Source: Macrostomum lignano (taxonomy: Eukaryota). Taken from it: DNA of 64,000 nucleotides. The stretch's first letter is position 1. Every line of letters starts with the position of its first letter. The position numbers and the translations under genes are program-made. The notes under the pieces were generated by a model, which was not told the DNA's origin, made no database searches, and worked only from the letters and a program-made list of their open reading frames with translations. This document shows positions 1 to 11,932 of this stretch, in pieces. Where the stretch lies: assembly GCA_002269645.1 (NCBI GenBank), contig NIVC01000769.1:186001-250000 (forward strand). The letters are read 5' to 3'.

Positions 1-437
1 AATTTAGTAGTATTAGTCCATTGTTGCCACTACATGTTGTGCTGGCATTTTGGTTCTTTGCATTTTTCAAGTCTGACAATTTACTCTTCTTTTCTCTATT
101 TTCCTCCCTCCCTGGCCTTTATTCTTTTCCTCTCTGTCTCTAATCCCTCAATCTCCCATTGTAGGTCTCTTATTTATCCTTAATCCTCTTGCTTCTTTAT
201 AGCATTTCTACTAAGCTAGAAGCTAGGAGCTACCTAATTAAGCTAAGAGCTACTTATCTAATTATTCAGTTATTCTTAATCAATAAGCCAACATATTTAT
301 TAGAGTTTTGCCATTTTAACTATTAAATTAATAATACCTAATTGGAAGCTGTATAATTTTATAAACTTTAATTTTTAAGTTATAAAAAATTATCACAATA
401 GACAAAAAACACTTGTCAAGCCTTTCATTTTCTGTAG

Positions 438-3400
438 GGAGCAAGGACCACAAGTGGATCCAAAAGATTTCACAATTGAAAACATCGATGGCGAGGTGGC
501 TGGCCGACTTCCTGGCACTATCAATGGTCAACAGTTTATAATTGCCAATTGCAAGAATTCATCTGTGTACTTGTTCGATCACATCAACACTATTACTGTT
601 GATGACTGTGAAAACTGCGTCTTCTTTATTGGACCCGTGCAGACCAGGTAGGATGACAGGCAAAGTCCAGGCAGAAGGAATAAGCCTAGGTGTATAATCT
701 GAATATACTAATAAAAATATTAATTATGACTCGTTAGATGATGAGGCATTTTTATCCGTCACTGCCGTTTGCCGGGGTGACAGTAGTTTCAGAGCAGTAG
801 AAAAAAAAATATAAAAGCCAAAGCGGAGTTCCAACTTAATGAATTTTTTACAGCATTTTCATTCGTGACTGCAAGGACTGCAAATTTCTAGTGGCTTGTC
901 AACAGTTTCGAACTCGCGACTGTCAGCGTCTGGACTGCTTTTTGTCTTGCGTTTCTCTACCAATTATTGAAGCCTCTAGTAAGATGCGATTTGGCCCGTT
1001 CTGCTTCTATTATCCGGAACTGTTGGGTGAGATTTTTGCACCTTTCACTGAGCAGTGCTAACTAGTCAGGTACGAATCATGAACATATGTTTTTTATTGA
1101 TTTGCAGGCCAGTTTGAAAACAGCAGTCTCAGCCCATTCAACTGCCACTGGAGTGAAATTCACGACTTTACCCCAGTCACTGGGGAGAGCAACTTTACTC
1201 TGGTGCCAGATGTGAGTATAGCAGCGTTTTGCGTTCATTTGAGTATATATGAAGCTTTGCATTTTTCATTCGTTGTGATTAACAGGGCCACTGGTGATTC
1301 CCCCACTAGCTAACCCCTTCACTAGATACCCCTACTAGCCAACCCCTTCACTAGATACCCCTACTAGCCAACCCCTTCACTAGATACCCCCACTAGCTAA
1401 CCCCTTCACTAGATGCCCCCACTAGCTAACCCCTTCACTGGATACCCCTACTAGCTAACCCCTTCACTAGATTCCCCCACTAGCTAACCCCTTCACTAGA
1501 TTCCCCCACTAGCTAACCCCTTCACTAGATACCCCTACTAGCCGCCCCTTCACTAGATACCCCTACTAGCCAACCCCTTCACTAAATACCCCTACTAGCC
1601 AACCCCTTCACTAGATACCCCTACTTGTCACCCTTCACTAGATTCCCCCACTAGCCACCCCTTCACTAGATTCCCCCACTAGCCACCCATGTTTTCTCCA
1701 CCAAGCCACTATTTACTCACCGCAGGGCACGCCAATCAGGGATTTCTTTCCTTTAGACGTGCCAGAAAGCCACCAGTTGCACAGCTTCATCAGCCAGAAG
1801 GTAAGCACTAAACCTGAGTACAGCGTAGTGCCTCAAACGTTCGGCTCTCGTCCCGCCGGCCTCACTGATGAAAAATGCCTAGCCTTAGTGTTCTCCGGCT
1901 GGGAGAACGCCGTGGCCCTCATTGCTAAAGCTGCGACTAAGCCGGACCTGCGACTCGTGCGCACCTGGCAACTGCAGCTGACCGTTGAGAATGGCCGGCG
2001 CCTACTGCAGACTATGCACTATGATGCCCAACTGGCTAAAGGTGGGTTGCCTACCTGTGCTGCGCCTGTTCTATAGCTGTCATTGGATTTTTTAAAGTTT
2101 TAACAGTGCTACTGAAAATCCTGTTTAGTGATTGAGTCTTTGTTTATTTATGTTTGTCTCTGAATCTGTGTGATTTGTCTGTCTCTGAATCTGTTTGTGT
2201 CATTTGTCTGTCTCTGAATCCGTGCTATTTGTATGTCTAAATCTGTATGTTTCATTTGTCTTCTGTCTCTGAATCTGTCTGTCATTTTGTCCACTTCTGA
2301 ATCTGTACGTGTCATCTGTCTGTCTCTGAATCTGTCTGTGTCATTTGTCTGTCTCTGAATCTGTCTGTCTGTCTCTAAATCTGTCTGTGCTATTTGTCTG
2401 TCTCTGAATCTGTATGTGTCATTTGTCTGTCTCTGAATCTGTATGTGTCATTTGTCTGTCTCTGAATCTGTCTGTGCTATTTGTCTGTCTCTGAATCTGT
2501 ATGTGTCATTTGTCTGTCTTTGAATCTGTCTGTGTCATTTGTCTGTCTCTGAATCTGTCTGTGTCATTTGTCTGTCTCTGAATCTGTATGTGTCATTTGT
2601 CTGTCTCTGAATCTGTCTGTGCTATTTGTCTGTCTCTGAATCTGTCTGTGCTATTTGTCTGTCTCTGAATCTGTCTGTGCTATTTGTCTGTCTCTGAATC
2701 TGTCTGTGCTATTTGTCTGTCTCTGAATCTGTCTGTGCTATTTGTCTGTCTCTGAATCTGTCTGTGTCATTTGTCTGTCTCTGAATCTGTCTGTGCTATT
2801 TGTCTGTCTCTGAATCTGTCTGTGCTATTTGTCTGTCTCTGAATCTGTCTGTGCTATTTGTCTGTCTCTGAATCTGTCTGTGCTATTTGTCTGTCTCTGA
2901 ATCTGTATGTGTCATTTGTCTGTCTCTAAATCTGTCTGTGCTATTTGTCTGTCTCTGAATTTGTCTGTCTCTGAATCTGTCTGTGTCGTTTGTCTGTCTC
3001 TGAATCTGTGTGTTATTTTGTCCATCTCTGAATCTGTCTGTCATTTTGTCCATCTCTGAATCTGTCTGTCATTTTGTCCATCTCTGAATCTGTCTGTCAT
3101 TTTGTCCATCTCTGAATCTGTATGTGTCATTTTGTCCATCTCTGAATCTGTCTGTCATTTTGTCCATCTCTGAATCTGTATGTGTCATTTTGTCCATCTC
3201 TGAATCTGTCTGTCATTTTGTCCATCTCTGAATCTGTCTGTCATTTTGTCCATCTCTGAATCTGTCTGTCATTTTGTCCATCTCTGAATCTGTCTGTCAT
3301 TTTGTCCATCTCTGAATCTGTATGTGTCATTTTGTCCATCTCTGAATCTGTCTGTCATTTTGTCCATCTCTGAATCTGTATGTGTCATTTTGTTCATCTC

Positions 3401-3708
3401 TGAATCTGTCTGTCATTTTGTCCATCTCTGAATCTGTATGTATCATTTTTAACATTAGTTATTTTGAAGCACAAACTGAAGAACTGAACTGTTTTGCAAC
3501 TCTCGCTGTCTTTATATTATTTCTCAACTCTGTTTTCCCCACAGGCCCGGTGATCTGCTTGGAATTCAACGGTCCCCAGGTGGTGCCCCTGCTCCAGTCC
3601 CTGACTCAGGGTAACGAGGATTTCTACGTGAGCTCGGATTCCGGCGTGGCCGACCGTCAGCTCGACATCCTTGGCGGCATTGTTGACATGCAGATGAACT
3701 CGCAGTAG
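438..3708 (+). CDS. RP2: Protein XRP2 / RP2 (TBCC-domain ARL3 GAP with C-terminal NDK-like domain), 5'-partial
   Basis: Exons 438-647, 854-1026, 1108-1211, 1726-2041, 3545-3708, all GT-AG with matching phases. Translation includes VDPKDF..GRLPGTINGQQF..CQQFRTRDC..PIIEASS..GPVICLEFNG..DMQMNSQ*, collinear with vertebrate RP2, with the QQFR arginine and PIIE glutamate kept. The first (MGC) exon lies upstream of the window. Confidence 0.95.
1296..1689. repeat. 29-bp minisatellite (RP2 intron)
   Basis: Unit AACCCCTTCACTAGATACCCCTACTAGCC, about 13 copies. Confidence 0.95.
2150..3440. repeat. 29/28-bp minisatellite (RP2 intron) with two variant blocks
   Basis: Unit TGTCTGTCTCTGAATCTGTCTGTGCTATT, switching to TTGTCCATCTCTGAATCTGTCTGTCATT after about 3010. 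Confidence 0.95.
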
Positions 3709-3832
3709 CCGATCAGTGCCAGTTCGGCCCAGCACCATGCGGCTTAAAGTTCAACATTTAGTTCTTATTCCTCGATTTTCTCTGCAAAGACTGGATCTCT
3801 GAGTCGGATTTTTACAGTAGCACGTATTAGAG

Positions 3833-3834
<2 letters not shown>

Positions 3835-3893
<59 letters not shown>
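3835..3893. repeat. (GT)n microsatellite
   Basis: Pure TG repeat of about 58 nt. Confidence 0.98.
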
Positions 3894-3894
<1 letters not shown>

Positions 3895-3984
3895 CGGTCT
3901 GCAATGTTTATTATTGTAAAGCTTTGTTTCTGCTTTGCTCTCTCTGCTTGTTATAATAATTGAACCTGTGCATGTACACGTATG

Positions 3985-4175
3985 CGTGCATTACACAAGA
4001 ACGCGCTCACACAGGGTGTACCGTGTACATCGGCCCTGACTTTCTAATTGTCAGGCATGTACACTCTGGGCTTTGGGGGCTGGCTCTCATGGGTGTGAAT
4101 GGCACGTCAACCTCCCGAGCCAGGAGTCACGGCCCGAGAGTCGGACGCGTTCGCCGCTGAGCTGCTCCGTGCCCC
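3985..4175 (-). mobile_element. tRNA-derived SINE family A, partial copy
   Basis: The minus strand reads GGAGCAGCTCAGCGG (A box) then a body GACTTTCTAAT..CACAGGG shared with the copies at 57082 and 59770. The B box is deleted. Confidence 0.75.
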
Positions 4176-5097
4176 CCATTCCCATTGGGAAGTTACTGGA
4201 CTAAGACAAGTATAGTGGCTGTTGCTTATTATGCTAGCTTTAAAGCATTGTGTTATTTACGAGCTATTGGCGTAAATTGTATTTAAAAAGTCTTTGTTGT
4301 GTTGACGTTCCTAAAAGCATACAGAATAAATTCACATGCGCGTTGGCCCGAACACATTTAAGCTTATTGATCACTGCCACGAATTGTGGCATGTAGCAGC
4401 AGCGGCTGTGCCACTGGCTGTACAATTTCAATCCTTTTCTTTGATAAATGCCCAGCTTTGTCCATTCGTTTCTGTCTGTTTACTCCTATGCCTAATAATG
4501 CATTGCTGTTTACTAATCAACTTTTTAATAGATTCAGTAGTACAGATATAGTAACAGGGCTACTCGGCTTCTGTGTCAATTGATAAGCATTATTAATTAC
4601 TTATTTATATAGTCGCTTTGGCAACATTCCAATTTTATTCTACTATCCTCTTTCACTATTTATAGCCGGCTTTTGTCTCTGTTTTGCGACCCTGTCCTCC
4701 TCCGTCCAGTTAAATTGTCCTACATTTTTTTTTCGGTAAGCCATTTTATTATGCTGTTTTGTACTTGTTGAATCTAATACATTAATGAAGTAAATGCGCT
4801 TTACATATTCCTGTCGGATCAATGCTCAGTGTCTTGTGAACTAATAATTTTTAGTTTTTAAGTGCATTGGTCACACTTGGTTCACCTTCAGATATCTATG
4901 AAATGATGGTAGAATCCAGGGCGGAAGATTTGGATATTGAAGTGTTTGAGGATTCTGGAATTATTTGGGATGAGATCTTTTGGTAGTTTTTGTGGGATCT
5001 TCTGATTAAGACTTACAAAGATATCCTATGACATATACAATGTAAGTTGAGTCTGTGGCTTGTTATGATTGAAACTAAAAATAATTTTAAAAGGTGG

Positions 5098-6090
5098 TGG
5101 AATATCTGGTTAGTTTAGAAAGGAATATCTGGTTAGTTTAGGGTGGAATATCTGGTTAGTTTAGGGTTGAATATCTGGTTAGTTTAGGGAGGGATATCTG
5201 GTTAGTTTAGGGTTGAATATCTGGTTAGTTTAGGGTTGAATATCTGGTTAGTTTAGGGAGGGATATCTGGTTAGTTTAGGGAGGGATATCTGGTTAGTTT
5301 AGGGAGGGATATCTGGTTAGTTTAGGGTGGAATATCTGGTTAGTTTAGGGAGGGATATCTGGTTAGTTTAGGGAGGGATATCTGGTTAGTTTAGGGTGGA
5401 ATATCTGGTTAGTTTAAGGAGGAATATCTGGTTAGTTTAAGGTGGAATATTTGGTTAGTTTAAGGTGGAATATTTGGTTATTTTAGTGTGAAATGTCTGG
5501 TTAGTTTAAGGAGGAATATCTGGTTAGTTTAAGGTGGAATATCTGGTTAGTTTAGGGTGGAATATCTGGTTAGTTTAGGGTGGAATATCTGGTTAGTTTA
5601 GGGAGGGATATCTGGTTAGTTTAGGGAGGGATATCTGGTTAGTTTAAGGAGGAATATCTGGTTAGTTTAAGGAGGAATATCTGTTTAGTTTAAGGTGGAA
5701 TATTTGGTTATTTTAGTGTGAAATGTCTTGTTAGTTTAAGGAGGAATATCTGGTTAGTTTAAGGAGGAATATCTGGTTAGTTTAGGGAGGGATATCTGGT
5801 TAGTTTAGGGAGGGATATCTGGTTAGTTTAGGGTTGAATATCTGGTTAGTTTAGGGAGGGATATCTGGTTAGTTTAGGGAGGGATATCTGGTTAGTTTAG
5901 GGTTGAATATCTGGTTAGTTTAGGGAGGGATATCTGGTTAGTTTAAGGAGGAATATCTGGTTAGTTTAAGGAGGAATATCTGGTTAGTTTAAGGAGGAAT
6001 ATCTGGTTAGTTAAGGGTGGAATATTTGGTTAATTTAGGGTGGAATCTCTGATTAGTTTAGGGTGGAATATTTGGTTAGTTTAAGGAGGA
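5098..6090. repeat. 23-bp minisatellite containing TTAGGG
   Basis: Unit GGAATATCTGGTTAGTTTAGGGT, about 43 copies. Confidence 0.95.
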
Positions 6091-6291
6091 ATGTCCGGTT
6101 TGTTTAGGGAAAAAGATTTGCTTAGTTTAGGGTTGGACCTCAGGGTAGGTTAGGATGTGTTTCCATTTTTAACATGTGGGATATTGTGATAACCTACGAA
6201 GGGACCTTGTGATAGTATTAGCTACAGGGTAATATGTTTAGATCAGTTCAGATTTGACATACACGCATGCGAGTCGCTATTGGCTAAGAGA

Positions 6292-6411
6292 AGTCACGTG
6301 ACTAATGCTAAGTCTAATAGCGTGTCAATTACCAGGTAGAAGCAACAGCTGCACGAATGTGCTAAAATGCAGGCTTGTAGGTATAAAAACTCTTGAATAT
6401 CTGTTTCAGTC
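6292..6411 (+). promoter_or_regulatory. Candidate core promoter of the fucosyltransferase gene
   Basis: Palindrome AGTCACGTGACT (6292-6303), inverted CCAAT just upstream, TATAAAA at 6382 and Inr-like TCAGT at 6406-6410, about 26 nt after the TATA. Confidence 0.4.
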
Positions 6412-6487
6412 TCGCTGCAGCGCCGAGACAGTGCAGCAACTGTAGCACCAGCACTTATCAGAGAGAGCCGCAGGGTGTCCCGGCGCT

Positions 6488-9400
6488 ATGGCCAGACAGG
6501 CGGACAGCTATACCCGCTTCCTAATCCTGGCCATCACATTTGCCGTCGTGCTCAACCTGCACCATCTGCTGTTTGTTACTCAACGGCCCGCGTCAGATCC
6601 ACGGCGGGTGCAGGCCAATGAACCGGAGTCTGGCTCGCTAGGAAAGCTGGCGGGGCGCAATAAGCATGAGGGTGAGTAATATTCAGGGTAGTTTTTAATG
6701 TGCACACGCGAGATCATTTGTGTTGAATCAGTGCTAAAACTAAAATTTTTCTATCTTGCCAATGCATTCTGAAGCGACTTTTAAGTCTGCAATTACGACG
6801 TATTTACAGTAGTCCCAATAATTATGCGCACTAACCCCAGCAGCTCTGCTTAACTCCCGACTCCCAATAGCTACTATAATCTGCAATGGCATTCCAGGCG
6901 CCGCCGCCGCTCAGCCAGCTGCAGTGCAGGCCGCGCCAGCAGGCCATAGCAACAATCCAAAGTCATCCGCATCGAGATCCGCCTATCCAACTGTACGCGG
7001 CGGCGGCCGCCTGCTGGACAATCTGTTTCGCGTGCAGGGCAACTTCAAGTTTCCCGAATTCAACGAAACCACTACGCTGGCCATCTATCCGAACGAGGTG
7101 CCGGCTAGCTACCCGGTGAGGGCCAGGGATCGAATCTGGAACCAGATGCGCTACGTGCCAGTAAACGCGGCTACGGGGAAATCTCGGACTAAAACTATCC
7201 TGCTTTATAACGGTTTAGGCGGAGAAGGCAATGGTAGGGAAAGGTTCCAACGGGATAATTGTCCCGTTAGCGATTGCATCATGACTGGAGACCGGAGTCA
7301 GGCGGCCACTGCCGATGTGATCATGTGGCAGCACTCGGTGTTTAATCCGTTTCACAAGCGGCCGGCCAAGCAGATCTGGGCCGTGTACTTTCTGGAGTCG
7401 CCCCATCACACGCCTTCGCTAAACGGATTTGCTGGCAAAGTGAATTGGACGGCTACTTATCGCAGCGACTCTGTGATAGTGGCTCCGTATTATAAATTCA
7501 CGCCCTACGTGCACAATGTGTTTGTCAAGACGCAGACTAAAAACTATGCAAGTGGCAAGACTAAGAAAGTGGCCTGGTTTGTGTCTAATTGCGGAGCTCA
7601 GAACGGCCGGCTGGAGTACGCCAGGGAGCTGGGCAAGCATATTCAGGTTAGTTGCTGATTGTCAGACAGGTTACTTTCTCATTGTCAGGCAGTGCACATT
7701 CTGTGCTCCGGGTGCTGACCCTCATAGGCGTGAACTGTTGAATTACACAACAGACTTCAGGCCAATTTTCTTACACAATTCACCATGGCCAGCTGCTCTG
7801 CTCCCTGCGTGATCTTAAGTTAATGGCGCTAGCGCAACTAGTTTTGTCTATGGTCTATGGAGGGGTTGTTGCCTAGTGGTTAGAGCATCGAACTTACGAC
7901 TTGAAGGTCAGGGGTTCGATTCCCGATCCCACTGGAACAATTTGTGTCCTTGAGTAAGACATTTAACTCTGCATTTCTTCAGTTCACCCAGCTGAAAAAT
8001 GGGTGCCAGCATTAGCTGGGGTAATTGAGGGTGTGTGTGGCGACCCCCCAGTCCTTGGACTGAACCGCCGTACGCAGCCTTCAGATGCGCCACGCAATTA
8101 ATTAATCTATGTCAAAACTGTCAAATCTGACGGTAATTTTACCACTGCGAAATTGAACGGTAAAAGGTGTATTTACTCGCTCTAATCGAGCGGTTGAGAA
8201 AGCACAAACAGCAATTGACTCATGGACTTCTCTAGCTAACGTCTGGATTGGAGACAGAAATTTTAGCTCGGATTTTTTCCGTAAGAGGCCATGGTTTTGA
8301 GGCCTGATCGAGTAGGCGGAACAGATTCTCTTCATATGCTTTATCCGCACAGTTTTGACCATAGACATCTGATTGCAAACCTGAAACCCCAAGCCTATGA
8401 GCCATGTCATCCTGGCCATGAAGTGGCACCAATTCAAATTCCTATGTTTTTTGCTAGCTAGAGGAATCCATGAATCAACTAGCTGTGTCTGAAATTTTTT
8501 TAACTGGCCCTGCTTACATTTAAATAACAAATAGCATATTATTATTGCAACTGAATCATCAGGTTGACATCTACGGCGGCTGCGGCACGCACCAGTGCTC
8601 CCGTTCGAGATCCGGCGAGTGCTTTCGCCTGCTCGAGAAAGAATACAAATTCTATTTGGCATTTGAGAATTCCAATTGTTGGAATTATATTACTGAGAAG
8701 TTCTTTCTCAATGGACTGAGGTGAGTTGCATTGCTTTGGATAGAGTGGTTAAGCAGAAATTAAGTTTTGTCATTTATAAGCTAGCTATTACAAGTGAGTT
8801 GTAGTCTGAGTGAGATTGGCAAGTTCTACAGAGCCTCCTGCAGCAACGCTGATCATAGAGAATAGCCGCCAGAACAATAACTGACCACGCGCAGTCCTTG
8901 AAGACAGGCCTGTTATTTTTATATAAGTAAAACTATATGACCGCTGGCTACATGATAATATACACCTAGTGTACTTCTATCCACAGTAAGTCTACGGCAA
9001 ATTCACTGCCAGCCATTTACTTGTCTCATAATCCTAACCCAAAACCTGAAACCTAGCCCTATTCTAGATCGTCGGCAGTCAAGTGGCTAGTGGTCAAGAG
9101 GCTGGCAGTCAAGTGGCTAGTGGTCAAAAGGCTGGCAGTCAAGTGGCTAGTGGTCAAGAGGCTGGCAGTCAAGTGGCTAGTGGTCAAAAGGCTGGCAGTC
9201 AAGTGGCTAGTGGTCAAAAGGCTGGCAGTCAAGTGGCTAGTGGTCAAAAGGCTGGCAGTCAAGTGGCTAGTGGTCAAAAGGCTGGCAGTCAAGTGGCTAG
9301 TGGTCAAAAGGCTGGCAGTCAAGTGGCTAGTGGTCAAGAGGCTGGCAGTCAAGTGGCTAGTGGTCAAAAGGCTGGCAGTCAAGTGGCTAGTGGTCAAAAG

Positions 9401-10400
9401 GCTGGCAGTCAAGTGGCTAGTGGTCAAAAGGCTGGCAGTCAAGTGGCTAGTGGTCAAAAGGCTGGCAGTCAAGTGGCTAGTGGTCAAAAGGCTGGCAGTC
9501 AAGTGGCTAGTGGTCAAAAGGCTGGCAGTCAAGTGGCTAGTGGTCAAAAGGCTGGCAGTCAAGTGGCTAGTGGTCAAAAGGCTGGCAGTCAAGTGGCTAG
9601 TGGTCAAAAGGCTGGCAGTCAAGTGGCTAGTGGTCAAAAGGCTGGCAGTCAAGTGGCTAGTGGTCAAAAGGCTGGCAGTCAAGTGGCTAGTGGTCAAAAG
9701 GCTGGCAGTCAAGTGGCTAGTGGTCAAAAGGCTGGCAGTCAAGTGGCTAGTGGTCAAAAGGCTGGCAGTCAAGTGGCTAGTGGTCAAAAGGCTGGCAGTC
9801 AAGTGGCTAGTGGTCAAAAGGCTGGCAGTCGATAGTCGTGCTCCCGTTTAATGTTTGCTATAGCTGGTCGTCTAGCTCGTTTTGCAATGTACATTGTAAT
9901 GTACAGTTAAATGCCCGCATTGACAAAGCGCCGTCTTGGCCGGAAATGAGTGGTAGACTGGCAGCGATAGTCTATGGGCAGCCCCGCTGACCAGACCGGT
10001 AGGAACGCATTTCCAGCCTTTAAGCAAGCTCATTTCCGCGCTGACCACCATGGCCCGCAGTCACGACATCCTGCCCATAGTGATGGGCGCCCGGATGCAG
10101 GATTACATTGACGTTGCTCCGCTAAACAGCTTCCTGCACGTTGACAACTTCACTAGTCCCAAGCACTTGGCCGATTATCTGCACGAGCTAGACAAAGACG
10201 ATAGCAAGTATAATACGTACTTTCAATGGAAAGGCACAGGGCTAGTTGATACCAACGCCTTCTTCTGGTGCCGATTGTGCATGATGGCTCACGAGGCCGA
10301 GCTTAGTAGCTTCAATTACGGCGATATTGAGCAGTGGTGGCGCAAGGACACCTGCGTTCGGGGCGCCTGGCCCGGAAGTAAACGGTCCAGGGGCGTTTAA
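6488..10400 (+). CDS. FucTA: Alpha-1,3-fucosyltransferase (GT10), FucTA-like core alpha-1,3-FucT, type II membrane protein, about 476-495 aa
   Basis: Exons 6488-6671, 6841 (or 6844/6898)-7646, 8563-8720, 10061-10400. N-terminal TM segment, then KKVAWFVSNCG, the alpha-1,3 motif YKFYLAFENSNCWNYITEKF, ILPIVMGA, YFQWKGTG and WCRLC, closely matching insect FucTA. The exon-2 acceptor is ambiguous. Confidence 0.92.
7859..8105 (+). mobile_element. tRNA-derived CORE-type SINE in FucT intron 2
   Basis: A box TGCCTAGTGGTTAGAGC, B box GGTTCGATTCCC, then GTGTCCTTGAGTAAGACATTTAAC..CACCCAGCTGAAAAATGGGT resembling the CORE domain, and an AATT-type tail. TCTATG on both flanks is a possible TSD. Confidence 0.8.
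9074..9830. repeat. 30-bp near-perfect minisatellite (FucT intron 3)
   Basis: Unit GGCAGTCAAGTGGCTAGTGGTCAAAAGGCT, about 25 copies. Confidence 0.98.
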
Positions 10401-10687
10401 TTGGCCTGTCTGCGATTTCTCTGCAGTTTTTTATTTCAATATTCATTTTGTTGCCTTCTCTCAGCGATTAATAATTCCTATCAAGGTTAATTAGTACTGC
10501 ATCTTATAGTCCAGTACCGTCTCTCTGGCTTTGTTGTCTGTAAAAATGACCATTCCAGTGAGTTTATTTTCTTTTTCTGTATAAGATCTCGATTACAAAT
10601 TTAACTTACTCATTGTCTAAAAAGTCTGATGCGTTTTGCCAATAAGCAACTAAAAAAACCCTAATTACGATTTCCTTTATTCCGATT

Positions 10688-11005
10688 GAGTCAATGACCC
10701 GAATTCCAATGAGTCAATGACCCAAATTCCAGTAAGTCAATGACCCAAATTCCAGTGAGTCAATGACCGTAGTTCCAGTGAGTCAATGACCCAAATTCAG
10801 TGAGTCATGACCCAAATTTCATGAGTCAATGATCTAAATTCGAATGAGTCAATGATCTAAATTCGAATGAGTCAATAACCCAAATTCCAATGAGTCAATG
10901 ACCCAAATCCCGTACAAGTCATGACCCAAATTCCAATGAGTCAATGACCCAAATTCCCATGAGTCAATGACCCAAATTCCCATGAGTCAATGACCCAAAT
11001 TCCGA
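10688..11005. repeat. 23-bp minisatellite
   Basis: Unit GAGTCAATGACCCAAATTCCAAT, about 14 diverged copies. Confidence 0.9.
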
Positions 11006-11457
11006 TTCGAGTTTTGGTCGAGTGCTTGTATTGCGCGAACCGCAGAGTGTAAAATTACCTTCAGTTTTCTTTTAAAACAGCGGTTTATTGGAGCTCTCAT
11101 GGCTATAACAGTGCGCTTTTACTTGGCTGTGCAAATGCAAAGCCCTTGACGAAGCACCCCAAATCTGTTTCCCTGTAAGCGCAGTGGGATTTACTAAATG
11201 TATTTTTTCCTTTGAAGATTACTCTGTTCACTTCTGATTGTAGAATTGAATTCTTTATTGAAATACTTTGCCTATAAACTTTTGTTTGACATTGATGTTT
11301 GTAATTCCTTCTGTACCTACTAAACTGGCACTTTGGCTGGTGAGTTATTCATATCATTTCAGGAATTTGCAATTACTTACTGTGCGTTAATTAATACTGG
11401 TCTCAGATATTCTACCTGCTTCTGAAGGTCTGGGGTAACAGCCCTAAGGGTCTGTTG

Positions 11458-11932
11458 GAAGCACCCCTGAAGGTGTGGAGAAAGTACCCCTGAAGGTGTG
11501 GAGGAAGCACCCCTGAAGGTGTGGAGGAAGCACCCCTGAAGGTGTGAAGGAGGCACCCCTGAAGGTGTGGAGAAAGCACCCGTGAAGGTGTGGAGAAAGC
11601 ACCCGTGAAGGTGTGGAGAAAGCACCCGTGAAGGTGTGGAGAAAGCACCCCTGAAGGTGTGGAGGAAGCACCCCTGAAGGTGTGGAGGAAGCACCCCTGA
11701 AGGTGTGGAGGAAGCACCCCTGAAGGTGTGGAGGAAGCACCCCTGAAGGTGTGGTGGAAGCACCCCTGAAGGTGTGAAGGAGGCACCCCTGAAGGTGTGG
11801 AGAAAGCACCCCTGAAGGTGTGGAGAAAGCACCCGTGAAGGTGTGGAGAAAGCACCCGTGAAGGTGTGGAGAAAGCACCCGTGAAGGTGTGGAGAAAGCA
11901 CCCGTGAAGGTGTGGAGAAAGCACCCCTGAAG
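11458..11932. repeat. 23-bp minisatellite
   Basis: Unit GCACCCCTGAAGGTGTGGAGGAA, about 20 copies. Confidence 0.96.

Noticed and set aside
1798-1806. Perfect AAG|GTAAGC donor inside an RP2 exon
   Set aside because: Using it would frameshift the last exon and delete conserved RP2 sequence, and the downstream GTGGGT donor at 2042 gives the intact protein.
7859-7935. Possible tRNA gene (A and B boxes)
   Set aside because: There is no complete acceptor stem, and it continues into a CORE-like SINE body. The same applies to the heads at 59981-60050 and 51395-51440.
8102-8662. 186-aa minus-strand ORF
   Set aside because: It is antisense to FucT intron 2 and exon 3, with no recognisable motif.
9059-9851. 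250-aa ORFs in three frames (ASGQKAGSQV and similar)
   Set aside because: They are translations of a stop-free 30-bp minisatellite inside FucT intron 3, with no splice link to any gene.
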